Shown: positions 52,460-62,587, counted from the first letter of the stretch. The stretch: DNA of 64,000 bases from Patescibacteria group bacterium (GCA_016861205.1 BOKX01000001.1:988758-1052757); one strand, 5' to 3'. Notes: a model not told the origin generated them from the letters alone. Program-made: numbers and translations.

Positions 52460-54121
52460 TTGCAGGCGAGTCCAATTCTGCGTAACCTGTCACCTTATAG
52501 CCAACAGATAAATAAAAGATGTGTAAGTATGGTTGCCGTTAAAGAAGTAAAACCACCAGTTTATGAAGGTTCAGGGTTAAAACTCATCAACCCCCTAGAC
52601 TTAACCGACGCAGGAGGCGTGTCGCCAAAATCACATCATGTTGAGATTAAACCCCGAGACCTAAAGTTTAGGCCAGATGGATTTCTTGATTTGCCAGATC
52701 ATAATGATCGAGAATTCTGGGGGGACTATCCACCCAGTTTTATTTTAATCACCTCGGGTAGCTATCGCAAAACGTTGATGTTGCTGTTGTTGCATCATGG
52801 CTTAACTTTTCCAGCTATGACCGAGAGACAGCAGAAAATCAATCGCGATCGAGCGCCTGTAAAACGGCGCAAATCTAAATCACGCTACGTACCTGAGAAT
52901 CGAACAGCCGCAGAATCACCAGATAGCTACGCCCAGTATATCTCTCGGTACATTTCCAACGGTAACAGTGAACGCAAGCAAGGCATGCAGTTGCTGGGAT
53001 ACTTGCACGGGGTACCAATTTTATCGGCTCCCCAGATCGGTGAGACAGATAAAAACGACGACCCAGTCCGGGAAGCCAATAACAAGATCTGGTTTTGGAA
53101 AGAAGTCCTGGAGGGGCAGAACGGGATTCTGATTTCAACCGATACTGTTGACGGCCCAGATAGCACGTATGAAAAGCTAGGGAAACCGGCTAACCGCATT
53201 GATTACCCTCGGTCAGATAGTCTTGATGAAGAGGAGTACGCAAAAATTTTGGATCACTACCAATACTGGTTCTTTGATGTTCGCCATGAACATACGGCGG
53301 ATTACTTGTTAGCTATGCCGAAAGTAACTGGTTTCCGCGATGAGGAAGAACTCAAGATCGCTCGGGAGGCTTACCTGCGGTTATACCTAGCGCGTTTTTA
53401 TCCTCCAGGTACCGAGATCGAGCACACAAATGGCTTGGCCATCTATGACACGTTGGTATCTGGTCGAGTTCTTCAGGATACCCATCTGGATTTTTTTGCT
53501 GACACGGAAAGTGGCCGAGTATGGGGTGATTGGCAGATTACCCAAATGTTTTTCAAAATATTGGAAAGTCACAACTTAAAACCTGACCCTGAATCTGGTG
53601 GTGGCGGCATGAGCCAGCAGACAGTGGACTTTGAACAAGGCAAGATCTACGAAGAGCTACTCGCTTGGGCAGCGACTCTTGATCCGGAAAATGCAGCTTT
53701 AGCTCAGAGCTTGGTCCAAGCAGCAGAATCTGGATTGACAGTGGCCTATGATTACTACCTGAGTCTTGGTGACACGATTGCTCAGGAGGCTTGGAAAGAC
53801 CTATCGCTCAATCAACTGCGCTGGGCAGTGTACTGTCAGATCGCTGGGATGCCATGGGCAGTGTTTGTAAACGCGTTAGGACATCTTAAGTACAGTGCGC
53901 AGCGGGCCGAGGTGGTCGAACAGCTGAAGCGAGAGGCATTAGATCGTGAAATAACTATTCGAGCCGCACGTGCTGGCGAAGTTGATCAAGAAGTATCTCA
54001 CGCCAACACACCAGGGCTACTATTCGGAAAAAAATTACTGTCTCCGCCTCAAATTCCCAAACGACCACAACCAGTCCCAATCCCAGCTGATGTGGCATCG
54101 TTAGCAGCCGTCGGTGACTAA
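52460..54121 (+). CDS. Hypothetical protein (553 aa; TTG start in the track, with an alternative ATG at 52529)
   Basis: Long ORF embedded in the dTTP-metabolism cluster; no motif recognised. Confidence 0.5.
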   Translation: MQASPILRNLSPYSQQINKRCVSMVAVKEVKPPVYEGSGLKLINPLDLTDAGGVSPKSHHVEIKPRDLKFRPDGFLDLPDHNDREFWGDYPPSFILITSGSYRKTLMLLLLHHGLTFPAMTERQQKINRDRAPVKRRKSKSRYVPENRTAAESPDSYAQYISRYISNGNSERKQGMQLLGYLHGVPILSAPQIGETDKNDDPVREANNKIWFWKEVLEGQNGILISTDTVDGPDSTYEKLGKPANRIDYPRSDSLDEEEYAKILDHYQYWFFDVRHEHTADYLLAMPKVTGFRDEEELKIAREAYLRLYLARFYPPGTEIEHTNGLAIYDTLVSGRVLQDTHLDFFADTESGRVWGDWQITQMFFKILESHNLKPDPESGGGGMSQQTVDFEQGKIYEELLAWAATLDPENAALAQSLVQAAESGLTVAYDYYLSLGDTIAQEAWKDLSLNQLRWAVYCQIAGMPWAVFVNALGHLKYSAQRAEVVEQLKREALDREITIRAARAGEVDQEVSHANTPGLLFGKKLLSPPQIPKRPQPVPIPADVASLAAVGD

Positions 54122-54220
54122 GAGACAAAAAGTAGTCTTGACCTCAATGGGGGGTTTGCTATGCTCAAGTTTGCTTGCCCGGCTTATTTAGATACGTTTG
54201 TTTTCTGAACCGAGGCATCT

Positions 54221-54994
54221 ATGGCTCTGCAACCTGACTACCTTCGCCACTCTACACCCACCAACCTTGCCCAGCCTGATGTCCTACCCACCGGTTTTTA
54301 CGCCGCCGTGGTTGGCCCCACTGGTAGTGGCAAAAGCCAACTCATCAATGTTCTGGAAGCGGGTGGGTATCCAGTCAAGCGTGAGGTGCCGCCCGCCGAA
54401 AATCCTTACTTAGCTGATTTTTATGACCAAATGGCCACTCGAAAACCAGACCAATCATTGGAAGTAGCCCTGCTGTCGCAGTTGTGTTTCTTAGAAGCCT
54501 CGCTTGCACAAAGTGCGCAGATCAAAGACCGAGTAGCGCATGGTGAAACAGTGTTCCATGAAATGCCTTGGTATGGCCACGAGATGTATGCGTATTTGCT
54601 CTGGCAAAGTGGAGTTCTGGATGACGAGATGTGGAATTTGTACCGGGCAACCGTCGCACAGCAGTTGCCAAACCTCATAGTGCCTGAAGTGACCCTTGTG
54701 GTGGTGCCACCGACGATTGAGCATCTACATGGCCAAATTCTGGGGCGCGCCAGGGAGGATGAATCAAGACAGAAAGAAGCCCAGGTCGATGTGCGTTACT
54801 GGGCATCACAATTGAGATATTGGCAAGCTAAGTTGATTCAGAACCAACGCCCATACGGCTCACCACTTTATCCGATGCGACCAGATAAACACAACTGGCT
54901 CACTGAGGCAGGTGCACACTCGGCATTGGCTGAGTGTCGGCAGGTGTTGATGGGAATTGGCCGGTCAAAATCAACCGGTCGACACTGGCAGTAG
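54221..54994 (+). CDS. Deoxynucleoside kinase family protein
   Basis: P-loop VVGPTGSGKS, then the dNK-family segment …REVPPAENPYLADFYDQ… (cf. EPVxxW…LLxxFYxDPxRW) and an ERS-like region. 257 aa. Confidence 0.6.
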   Translation: MALQPDYLRHSTPTNLAQPDVLPTGFYAAVVGPTGSGKSQLINVLEAGGYPVKREVPPAENPYLADFYDQMATRKPDQSLEVALLSQLCFLEASLAQSAQIKDRVAHGETVFHEMPWYGHEMYAYLLWQSGVLDDEMWNLYRATVAQQLPNLIVPEVTLVVVPPTIEHLHGQILGRAREDESRQKEAQVDVRYWASQLRYWQAKLIQNQRPYGSPLYPMRPDKHNWLTEAGAHSALAECRQVLMGIGRSKSTGRHWQ

Positions 54995-55054
54995 GTTTAC
55001 GAAGCTTTAAAAAAGTAGTGTAAGATGAAATCAACAATTCATCGGAAAGTTGTC

Positions 55055-55684
55055 ATGGCAAAAAAAGGACTGTTAATTACATTCGAAGGTGGTGAGGGCT
55101 GCGGCAAAAGTACCCAGATTGTGCAGTTGCGTGATGTTCTGACCAAAGCCGGTCAAGATGTGGTGGTGCTGCGTGAGCCAGGTGGGACGGTGATTTCAGA
55201 GCAAATTCGCGAAGTTGTGTTATCGAGCAAAAATATTGGTATTGCGTTTACTACCGAAGTATTGCTGTTTCAAGCTGCTCGGGCCCAGATTTATCGAGAA
55301 ATTGTGCTGCCTTCACTCGAGGCTGGCAAAGTGGTGCTGATGGACCGATCACGCGACAGTTCGGTGGTGTATCAGGGTAAGGTGCGTGGTTTTGGTGTAG
55401 AGCTCATTGAACAGCTGAACAACTTGTCGACCAAAGACACTTTTCCTGATCTGACCATTTTGCTTGATGTTCCTGTGGAAATTGGCTTGAGCCGTCGTAG
55501 CAAAACTGGCAAGATGGATCGTCTTGACATGGAAGCCCAAGACTTTCATCAAAAAGTTCGAGATGCTTACCTGGCATTGGCCAAAGCCAATGACCGGAAA
55601 CGTTGGCTGGTGATCGATGCTACGCTGAGTATTGAAGCAGTCGCAGAAGCAGTGACCAAGGCCGTCCTCAAGCACATTAAGTGA
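55055..55684 (+). CDS. tmk: Thymidylate kinase
   Basis: LITFEGGEGCGKSTQ P-loop, DRxxxSSxxYQG (DRSRDSSVVYQG) and LID region. Start taken at MAKKGLL…. Confidence 0.9.
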   Translation: MAKKGLLITFEGGEGCGKSTQIVQLRDVLTKAGQDVVVLREPGGTVISEQIREVVLSSKNIGIAFTTEVLLFQAARAQIYREIVLPSLEAGKVVLMDRSRDSSVVYQGKVRGFGVELIEQLNNLSTKDTFPDLTILLDVPVEIGLSRRSKTGKMDRLDMEAQDFHQKVRDAYLALAKANDRKRWLVIDATLSIEAVAEAVTKAVLKHIK

Positions 55685-55760
55685 GGGCAGCGTATAAACC
55701 AAAAAATAGCTCGTCTGGTCGACACAATTTGACCTGATGTGGTAAGCTGAGAACACGTCT

Positions 55761-57683
55761 ATGATAATTGAAGGCACTAACCCCGGTTCTGGTGAACAAC
55801 ATCAGAGTGTTGGCGAGAGAATGGCAAAAATTCGTCAAAACCTTCTGCGCAAGGGCCACAACAAAGATGAGATTCGCGCAAAAATGAACGATGCAGTAGC
55901 CCGCAAAGAAGCAGAAGAAAACCAGAGAGAGCGGGAGCACAAGATGCTGGCAAGAGCTGAACATCAAGGTAAAGTTCTGAGTAATCTTGACAGTAGTTTG
56001 TGGAATCTGGTGGAGACTTTTTCTGAACAACAGCCAGAAGCAATTCGGTTAGCTGAACAGGCTACCTTAAGTGCCTTATCGCAAGTAGCTGAGCAACTGG
56101 ACAGTCTTGACCCAGATTCTGGTGATGGCAGTCTGTACGTTGAACAAATCTGGCAAAAGTTGTCAAAACTGGCTCGGACCATTAATATTCCCAAAGAGTC
56201 ACCAGTTACCAAAATGTTGAACCGTTTATCTATTAAAGCTGCCTTTGCGCACGAGCGCGTGATGGCGGCCGTTCAACCTGACTACGATTTGTTGCAAGAG
56301 GACTTCAACAAAGCATTAGCCAACCTGGAAGATAGACCCAAGTTATTAATTAACAACTTGGATTTTGCTTTTGCAGTTGGGCGAATGGCGGCCCTTATTG
56401 ATAGTCTGGATGCAGCTAACAACCGGGAGTTTCTGGAAAAACGCGGCGAGGACCTGGAAAAAATTATTAAAGAACTTCGACCTGAGGTAATCAACCGACA
56501 ATTTGATGACGAGGGTCGAGTGACCAAAACAATTTGGGGTCCCAATCGATATTCGGACACATTTGTCTTTCTGCCGTTGGCTGAGCTTGATGACGTGATT
56601 GCCCGCAAACTGGGACAAGTATCAACCGCCCGACATTTGCCTAGTGTTCACGACAGATACCAGTTAGGTGCTGAAGTTCCGCCATATCAAGGAGAAGCCG
56701 ATTCGCCAAGACCCACAAAGGATAACCCTCTCAATTTGCGGCAGAGCGGGCAAGCTCCAGACCTGACTGACATGATATCTGGCCAGTACAAGCATTACCT
56801 TGAGAAATGGGCTGAGCATCGAGCAGAGGAACTTGTAAAAATAGCGGGAACACCAGCTCAGCGAGCTGAGAGAGACAAAAAAGAACGAACGGCACTTGGG
56901 GCGCCGAGAGAGTTGCCTGAAAACATGGTTATCAAGGGGGGCGAATGGGGCTTAGGTAGTGCTGCTGATCGAATCCAACAAATCAAAAACGAAGCTGATG
57001 CGCGCTATGGTCAAGCGAGAACCGAGTGGTATCGTGAGCTGAGTGCGGCAAGAAAGCAATCACCTCCCGACACTGAGACGATGAAGAGATTACAACGACA
57101 AATTGATGTCTCTCGGGCTCAAGAAGCTGCCGAGGTTATGGCCGAGATCAGTAAATTGAAGCAAGAAGCGGGCCTTCCTCAGCTAGAGGCAGCACTAAGA
57201 AACTCCAGATTGCCACAGTTTTTGCGAGAACTAGTCTTGGGTGATCCACAAAAAGGCGAAGAACCACTTGAGATCAAGTTCAAAGCGGGTGGAGGAACAA
57301 ATTGGGATATACAGCATCTGTTACATCAAGTCCAAAGTCAGGACCCAATGGACTATGAATCAGCCAAAAATCCATTGCCGAGAGTCAATGTTCGGGTTCA
57401 CAATGTATCTGAAACACCAAAAAGAGTCTTCCGAGGTGAAGCGAAGCCTGTTCGCCCAGTTGAGTCTATTGAAGGTCCCACGGACGAGGCTACACAAGTT
57501 GAGCAAGGTATGGCCATTATTAGAGCTCTTTTAGAGCAAGGTAGTGTGGAGAATAGTGAAACACCTACTCTGGGTGGTGGTCTGATTATTGACGATATAG
57601 ATCTAGGCGCCTTGAACCTCGATGAGATCGATTTTGGAGATCCTGGATCGCTTGCGGGGTTTGATTTTGAAGATATTGCCTAG
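55761..57683 (+). CDS. Hypothetical protein (640 aa), helical/coiled-coil-rich, with an acidic C-terminal D-[IL]-D repeat tail
   Basis: Long ORF with the C-terminus …LIIDDIDLGALNLDEIDFGDPGSLAGFDFEDIA. No family recognised. Confidence 0.5.
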   Translation: MIIEGTNPGSGEQHQSVGERMAKIRQNLLRKGHNKDEIRAKMNDAVARKEAEENQREREHKMLARAEHQGKVLSNLDSSLWNLVETFSEQQPEAIRLAEQATLSALSQVAEQLDSLDPDSGDGSLYVEQIWQKLSKLARTINIPKESPVTKMLNRLSIKAAFAHERVMAAVQPDYDLLQEDFNKALANLEDRPKLLINNLDFAFAVGRMAALIDSLDAANNREFLEKRGEDLEKIIKELRPEVINRQFDDEGRVTKTIWGPNRYSDTFVFLPLAELDDVIARKLGQVSTARHLPSVHDRYQLGAEVPPYQGEADSPRPTKDNPLNLRQSGQAPDLTDMISGQYKHYLEKWAEHRAEELVKIAGTPAQRAERDKKERTALGAPRELPENMVIKGGEWGLGSAADRIQQIKNEADARYGQARTEWYRELSAARKQSPPDTETMKRLQRQIDVSRAQEAAEVMAEISKLKQEAGLPQLEAALRNSRLPQFLRELVLGDPQKGEEPLEIKFKAGGGTNWDIQHLLHQVQSQDPMDYESAKNPLPRVNVRVHNVSETPKRVFRGEAKPVRPVESIEGPTDEATQVEQGMAIIRALLEQGSVENSETPTLGGGLIIDDIDLGALNLDEIDFGDPGSLAGFDFEDIA

Positions 57684-57722
57684 GGTGGCACAAGATACGT
57701 TTCGATAGTATAGTACTCCAAT

Positions 57723-58340
57723 ATGGCAGCCAAACTTCCTCGGGCCGTGTCCCGATTGATCGAGCAGTTTGAACGTTTACCAGGTGTGGGTCCCAAGTCT
57801 GCCCAAAGACTGGTCTTTTACTTGTTGCACAACCCAGAACACCAACTCCAAGAGTTTGCTGATCGGTTAGTGGCGCTCAAGCGTGAGACCGTGCTGTGCA
57901 GTCGTTGTCACAACGTCAGTGAAACTGATCCGTGTAGTATTTGTGATGACACCAGCCGAGATGAAGCCCAGCTGTGTGTGGTGGAACAACCTCTTGATCT
58001 GTTAGCGATTGAGCGATCAGAGCGGTTTACTGGCCGCTATCATGTGTTGCACGGTGCGATTTCGCCGCTTAATCATATTGGGCCAGACCAATTATTTCTG
58101 CACGATATTTTGAAACGTTTAGAACCAGTCGAGGAGCTGATCATTGCCACCAATCCCACCATGGAAGGGGAGTCAACAGCCCTCTACATCACTGAGCTGA
58201 TCAAGCAATCGCTACCGCCTGAACAAGCGGCTTCATTGAAAATTACCCGGATTGGTCACGGTTTACCGATCGGAGCTGACATTGAGTACGCCGATGGCGT
58301 GACGTTAGCTCGCGCTCTCGAGGGGCGTCGGCAGATGTAA
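57723..58340 (+). CDS. recR: Recombination protein RecR
   Basis: HhH (RLPGVGPKSAQRL), C4 zinc finger (CSRCHN…CSIC), Toprim domain. 205 aa. Confidence 0.9.
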   Translation: MAAKLPRAVSRLIEQFERLPGVGPKSAQRLVFYLLHNPEHQLQEFADRLVALKRETVLCSRCHNVSETDPCSICDDTSRDEAQLCVVEQPLDLLAIERSERFTGRYHVLHGAISPLNHIGPDQLFLHDILKRLEPVEELIIATNPTMEGESTALYITELIKQSLPPEQAASLKITRIGHGLPIGADIEYADGVTLARALEGRRQM

Positions 58341-58457
58341 AAGCGGACCCTCAAAAAGGTCGAGTTTTAGCCACTTTGTACTACTCTGTAACCTTGCTGT
58401 TTTGGCTTTTCTTTGCTAGTATGAACAGTGTCATGCAGATGTTGCTGACAAGAGGTG

Positions 58458-58496
58458 CCCTGGGTCCAGCTCGATGAGTTGGCTAGGGTTTTTTTG
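58458..58496 (+). terminator. Intrinsic terminator-like hairpin with a 7-T run, between recR and hpf
   Basis: ccctgg-gt-ccagctc-gat-gagttgg-ctaggg (interrupted 13-bp stem), then ttttttt. Confidence 0.5.
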
Positions 58497-58552
58497 TACT
58501 AACAGGTTCTAATTAGCCTCTCGTTAGAGCCCAAGGGAAGAAAGGAGCCTCG

Positions 58553-58936
58553 ATGCAAATCCTGGTTCAGTCCAAAACCTTGAGTATTACTGCCGCGCTG
58601 CGGGCGTTCATCGAACGCCAAGCACGCAAACTCAGTCGCCGGGGCGAACGCGTCCAAGCGGTGACCGTGTTTGTGGAAACCGTCGGCAAAAAGAAGAACG
58701 ATGTCCAGTCGGCCATCGCCAAGATGAAGGTGAGTCTGCCCGGTCGCGACCTGATGGTCGAGCGCCGAGCGCAAGACCTCTACGAAGCCGTCATCGACGT
58801 GACTGCCCGGGCTGCCCGGCAAATTCGCAAAACGAAAGAGCGTCGTATCCAGTTTAAACGCAGTTGGCGTTTACCCAGTTCCCAAGGGATTTGGGAAGAC
58901 AGATTAGCTGAAGTCCGCGAGCCAGCTCGCACCTAG
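58553..58936 (+). CDS. hpf: Ribosome hibernation-promoting factor / ribosome-associated inhibitor A (short HPF)
   Basis: MQILVQSKTLSITAALRAFIERQARKLSRRGERV…AVIDVTARAARQIRKTKERR follows the YfiA/HPF beta-alpha-beta-beta-beta-alpha pattern (NIxITGKNIEITPALREYVEKKL…RQLRKHKE). Confidence 0.7.
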   Translation: MQILVQSKTLSITAALRAFIERQARKLSRRGERVQAVTVFVETVGKKKNDVQSAIAKMKVSLPGRDLMVERRAQDLYEAVIDVTARAARQIRKTKERRIQFKRSWRLPSSQGIWEDRLAEVREPART

Positions 58937-58987
58937 TTGTCCAGACGACACTTGCAGAGTACCCCCGGGGCTTGCTATGGTTAGGTC

Positions 58988-59455
58988 ATGACCGATAGCA
59001 CCACCCCGGGGGGTGTTGGTTCTCCAGCTCCCGCACCGGTTTCCAGTGATCCAGCCAGCCAGCCGGCTCCAACCCCAGCTCCAACTCAACCAGCTGCTGC
59101 AGATAGTGCCAAAAAAAGCCCTCTCGATATCTTGGAAGAAATTTTGAATGAAACCCAAAATCAACAAGCCGGAGGCAAGGCGGCAGCTCCAGCTGCGGCT
59201 CCCGCTCCTGACCCAGCAGTTAGTGCTGAGGCTCAGGCTGCTGAACTAGCTCGCATTCAGGCTGAAAATGAGGCGCGCGCTGCGCGCGATCAAGCCGCTG
59301 CTCAAGCTAAGCTCGCTGACATCAAGGCTCAAACCAACTCGCCAGAGTACCAAGCCGCGGTTCAACAACAAACCTCCGAACAGCAAGCTCATGACCAGCA
59401 CACCCAAGCCCAAGAAGGATTTGAAATTGTTCAGCTGGGACACACTAAGCTGTAA
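58988..59455 (+). CDS. Hypothetical low-complexity protein (Ala/Pro/Gln-rich, 155 aa)
   Basis: ORF in GC-rich sequence; compositionally biased. Confidence 0.4.
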   Translation: MTDSTTPGGVGSPAPAPVSSDPASQPAPTPAPTQPAAADSAKKSPLDILEEILNETQNQQAGGKAAAPAAAPAPDPAVSAEAQAAELARIQAENEARAARDQAAAQAKLADIKAQTNSPEYQAAVQQQTSEQQAHDQHTQAQEGFEIVQLGHTKL

Positions 59456-59492
59456 ACCGTAATCGACGCCAGTAGCGAGTACTGAACTGCCT

Positions 59493-60131
59493 ATGATTGG
59501 ACCCAAACCCGCTTTTCGACCGCGCCCTGGAGGGGGTTTTAACCCTGGTTTTGGGCAGATGAACGAACACTTGGATGAGTCGGCGGTTCAGGCAGCTTCA
59601 CAGCAAAAAGCCCTCCAGCAAACAGCTGGCTCAGTCTCAGCCAACCCACCTAGTGGCCCGGGTGCAGCCGCCCCAGGTGGCCTGCCAGCTGGTCCCAGTT
59701 CTGAACCCGTCAAACCCCGAGCCATGGGTAGCATTCCGGAAGAGCTGGTCGTGCGACCGGCCAAAGATATTGTCAAAGGACTGGCAAGTTTGTTTGATTT
59801 GAATGCCTGGCTCGGGATTCCTAAACAGGTTGACGACCCTCAAACTCAAGCCCGCAAGCAACAGATGCTGCAACGGTTCAATCGGCTGACCGATGAGCAG
59901 CAGGCTGAGGCGAAGCGTCGCTACGACTTGAATCTCAAGAAGAAGCAACAGGCTGAGCAGGAAAAGCAAGCTCGTGAACAGCAGCAGCGTCAGCAAGAAG
60001 CGCAAAGTTTGGAGATGCCAAGTAGTCCGCAAAAAGGCCCGGTTGGCCCAGGCAGCTCCAAGAAACAAAAAGCGGCCAATAAACTCCAGCAAGATCGCAA
60101 AACCTTGAGCGGGCCGTCGAGCGTAGGGTAG
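59493..60131 (+). CDS. Hypothetical low-complexity protein (Gln/Ala/Pro-rich, 212 aa)
   Basis: ORF with a Q/K/E-rich helical C-terminal half (…KKKQQAEQEKQAREQQQRQQEAQ…). Confidence 0.4.
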   Translation: MIGPKPAFRPRPGGGFNPGFGQMNEHLDESAVQAASQQKALQQTAGSVSANPPSGPGAAAPGGLPAGPSSEPVKPRAMGSIPEELVVRPAKDIVKGLASLFDLNAWLGIPKQVDDPQTQARKQQMLQRFNRLTDEQQAEAKRRYDLNLKKKQQAEQEKQAREQQQRQQEAQSLEMPSSPQKGPVGPGSSKKQKAANKLQQDRKTLSGPSSVG

Positions 60132-60283
60132 GGGGATACTTTTAAACTGTACCAACAGCACTTCCACAGAAGCACTGTATCGTTAGAGTCTTTCACCAAC
60201 CTTACCTCTGATTCATTGCACCCTTGATCTTTGCCCCTAATTCGCGGAGAATTGCACCACCATAAAATCAGGCAAGGAGTGCC

Positions 60284-61741
60284 ATGAAGCTGTACAACAC
60301 CCTCACCCGTCAAATCGATGTGGTTGAGCCGATCCAACCCCCGCGCGTCGGCCTGTATGCGTGTGGATTGACGGTGTACGACTTCACTCACTTGGGGCAC
60401 TTGCGCAAGTACACCATGGACGATGTCCTGATTCGCACGCTGCGCCGAGCTGGCTATCAAGTCACCTTTGTGCAAAACGTGACCGATGTCGGCCACCTGA
60501 CCTCTGATAGTGACACAGGTGAAGACAAGTTGGAGAAGGGCGCTCGTAAGTATGGCAAAACAGCTTGGGATGTAGCCAAGGAGTTTGAAGAGTATTTCTG
60601 GCGGTCGATGGATGCCATGGGCAATGTGCGACCCGATGTCAGCTGCCGAGCCACTGAACACATTCCAGAACAGCTGGAGATGGTCAAAACCCTCGAAGCC
60701 AAAGGTTTTGCCTACGTGATTGACGATGACGGTGTGTACTTTGATACATCCAAACTTGATGACTATGGCAAGTTAGCTCTGATCGATATTGAACAACTGC
60801 GCGAAGGAGCCCGGGTCGAGCGCGTGGCTGGCAAACGTAATCCAACTGACTTTGCGCTGTGGAAGTTTGAGCGGCCGGGTGAAAACCGGGCCATGGCCTG
60901 GCCGAGCCCTTGGGCAGAGCGGAGCTTTCCGGGTTGGCATATCGAGTGTTCAGCTATGTCCATGAAGTACTTGGGTGAGCAGTTTGAGATTCACACCGGC
61001 GGCATTGATCACATCAACGTTCACCACACCAATGAGATTGCACAAGCCGAAGCAGCTACTGGCAAAAAACCTTTCGTGAAGTACTGGGTGCATCACAACT
61101 TTTTGCGAGTTGATGGCGAAAAAATGAGCAAGTCGCTCGGCAACTTTTTTACCATTGATGACATTGAAAAAAGAGGGTTGTCACCGAGAGCTCTGCGGCT
61201 GCTGTTTTTGACGACGCATTATCGCTCAGAGATGAACTTCACTTGGGGCAACTTAGAGGGTATGCAAAAAACTTGGGAACGGTTGATCCGCCAAGTGGTG
61301 CAACTGAAAGCTGAGACCGGACGAACGACTCTCTCCGAAGAGAAGCTCGACCAACTGAACGAGTATCGCCAGCGATTTGTGACTGCTATGGAAAACGATC
61401 TCGACACCCCAACCGCTGTGGCGGTGATGTGGGAAATGCTGAAGTCAAATATTCCCAGTCCCGATAAATACGATTTACTGATAGAGCTCGACGAACTGAT
61501 GGGGCTGGGTTTGAGGCAAGCGGACAGTTATCTGGCTGAAATTGAAGCTAAGCACCACGCACAGTCAGTGCGCGTCGAGGAGCTATCCGCCGAGCTCCAA
61601 CAAGTGGTCCAAGATCGCCAAACGGCCCGAGCCAACCAGGATTGGGCAGCGGCTGACGCAGCGCGAGATACGCTGCTCGCGGCTGGTTACACCATTAAGG
61701 ATACACCGCAAGGGCCTGTCCTTACCAAGACATCAATCTAA
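60284..61741 (+). CDS. cysS: Cysteinyl-tRNA synthetase
   Basis: HIGH-type motif (FTHLGH), zinc-binding Cys residues, KMSKS. 485 aa with a C-terminal helical anticodon-binding domain. Confidence 0.95.
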   Translation: MKLYNTLTRQIDVVEPIQPPRVGLYACGLTVYDFTHLGHLRKYTMDDVLIRTLRRAGYQVTFVQNVTDVGHLTSDSDTGEDKLEKGARKYGKTAWDVAKEFEEYFWRSMDAMGNVRPDVSCRATEHIPEQLEMVKTLEAKGFAYVIDDDGVYFDTSKLDDYGKLALIDIEQLREGARVERVAGKRNPTDFALWKFERPGENRAMAWPSPWAERSFPGWHIECSAMSMKYLGEQFEIHTGGIDHINVHHTNEIAQAEAATGKKPFVKYWVHHNFLRVDGEKMSKSLGNFFTIDDIEKRGLSPRALRLLFLTTHYRSEMNFTWGNLEGMQKTWERLIRQVVQLKAETGRTTLSEEKLDQLNEYRQRFVTAMENDLDTPTAVAVMWEMLKSNIPSPDKYDLLIELDELMGLGLRQADSYLAEIEAKHHAQSVRVEELSAELQQVVQDRQTARANQDWAAADAARDTLLAAGYTIKDTPQGPVLTKTSI

Positions 61742-61808
61742 TTCGGTGAGAACTCTGGCCATCGACTACCGCGTTTGCTTCGGGGGAAGCTCTCCAGTAT
61801 AATGAGAT

Positions 61809-62195
61809 TTACTCAAGCACGCGACAGAGGGTGGCGTAGATTTCGTCCGTACTGCTCAACGCGTGAATGACGCCAATTTTGCGACCCCAGTCAGTGCCTG
61901 GCACTACCGAGATAGGAGTCAAAAAATTGATAACAAACATGACTGGAATCAAGTGGTCGGTGGAGAGTTGTTTGACTCGCTCCAACACGCGAACTTGATC
62001 CTGAATCGGCAAGCTGGTGCTCAGCAGAACCAAGTCTGGTTTATCGCTGAGCTCTTTGAGTGCAGTTTGCAGATCGGAGTAGCGAGACAGTTTTTTGGCC
62101 GCCATAAACAGCTTATATGGTGACACCAAAGTTCGGTCCGTTTCGACGATAGCAACATGATTTGGTATCGGAGGCATTTGAGTCATCATAGACAA
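61809..62195 (-). CDS. Receiver (REC)-like domain protein lacking the canonical phospho-acceptor Asp (pseudo-receiver)
   Basis: The beta/alpha pattern VAIVETD…DLVLLSTSLP…IPVMFV mirrors CheY-like receivers, but LLSTS replaces LLDxxMP. Confidence 0.4.
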   Translation of the reverse strand: MSMMTQMPPIPNHVAIVETDRTLVSPYKLFMAAKKLSRYSDLQTALKELSDKPDLVLLSTSLPIQDQVRVLERVKQLSTDHLIPVMFVINFLTPISVVPGTDWGRKIGVIHALSSTDEIYATLCRVLE

Positions 62196-62242
62196 AATGA
62201 TCTTTATAAGGTAGATTTAATTCTACAAACGAAGGAAGCAAA

Positions 62243-62548
62243 ATGTCAAATCCAAAACAGCTCACTTTAGGACAAAAAATCCGTATGGCCCGTCGCGAGA
62301 AGGGTTTGTCGCAGCGCGAAGTGGCCGACCACCTCAAGTTGAGTGACAAAGCGATCAGTTCTTACGAAGTTGACCGCAGTGAGCCAACTTTGGGTAATCT
62401 GAAAGAAATTGGCAAACTAACCGATAAACCGATCATGTACTTCGTCGATGATGATGCTAACTTTGAAGAGATGGCTTTGAAAAGCAAAATCATGACCATT
62501 GAGCGTGAGTTGAGAGCCATCAAGGATATCTTGACCAAGAAGAAGTAA
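62243..62548 (+). CDS. XRE-family helix-turn-helix transcriptional regulator
   Basis: LGQKIRMARREKGLSQREVADHLKLSDKAISSYE is a canonical HTH_3 (Cro/C1-type) motif. 101 aa. Confidence 0.7.
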   Translation: MSNPKQLTLGQKIRMARREKGLSQREVADHLKLSDKAISSYEVDRSEPTLGNLKEIGKLTDKPIMYFVDDDANFEEMALKSKIMTIERELRAIKDILTKKK

Positions 62549-62587
62549 GGGCTGCACTTCGAGCCAAATCAGACTGTTTCATCGCGC

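Noticed and set aside
60132-60283. T-box-like string (GCGAATTAGGGG, GGTGGTGC) near the cysS 5' region
   Set aside because: The resemblance is on the minus strand, opposite to cysS. No terminator or antiterminator pair was found on the + strand.
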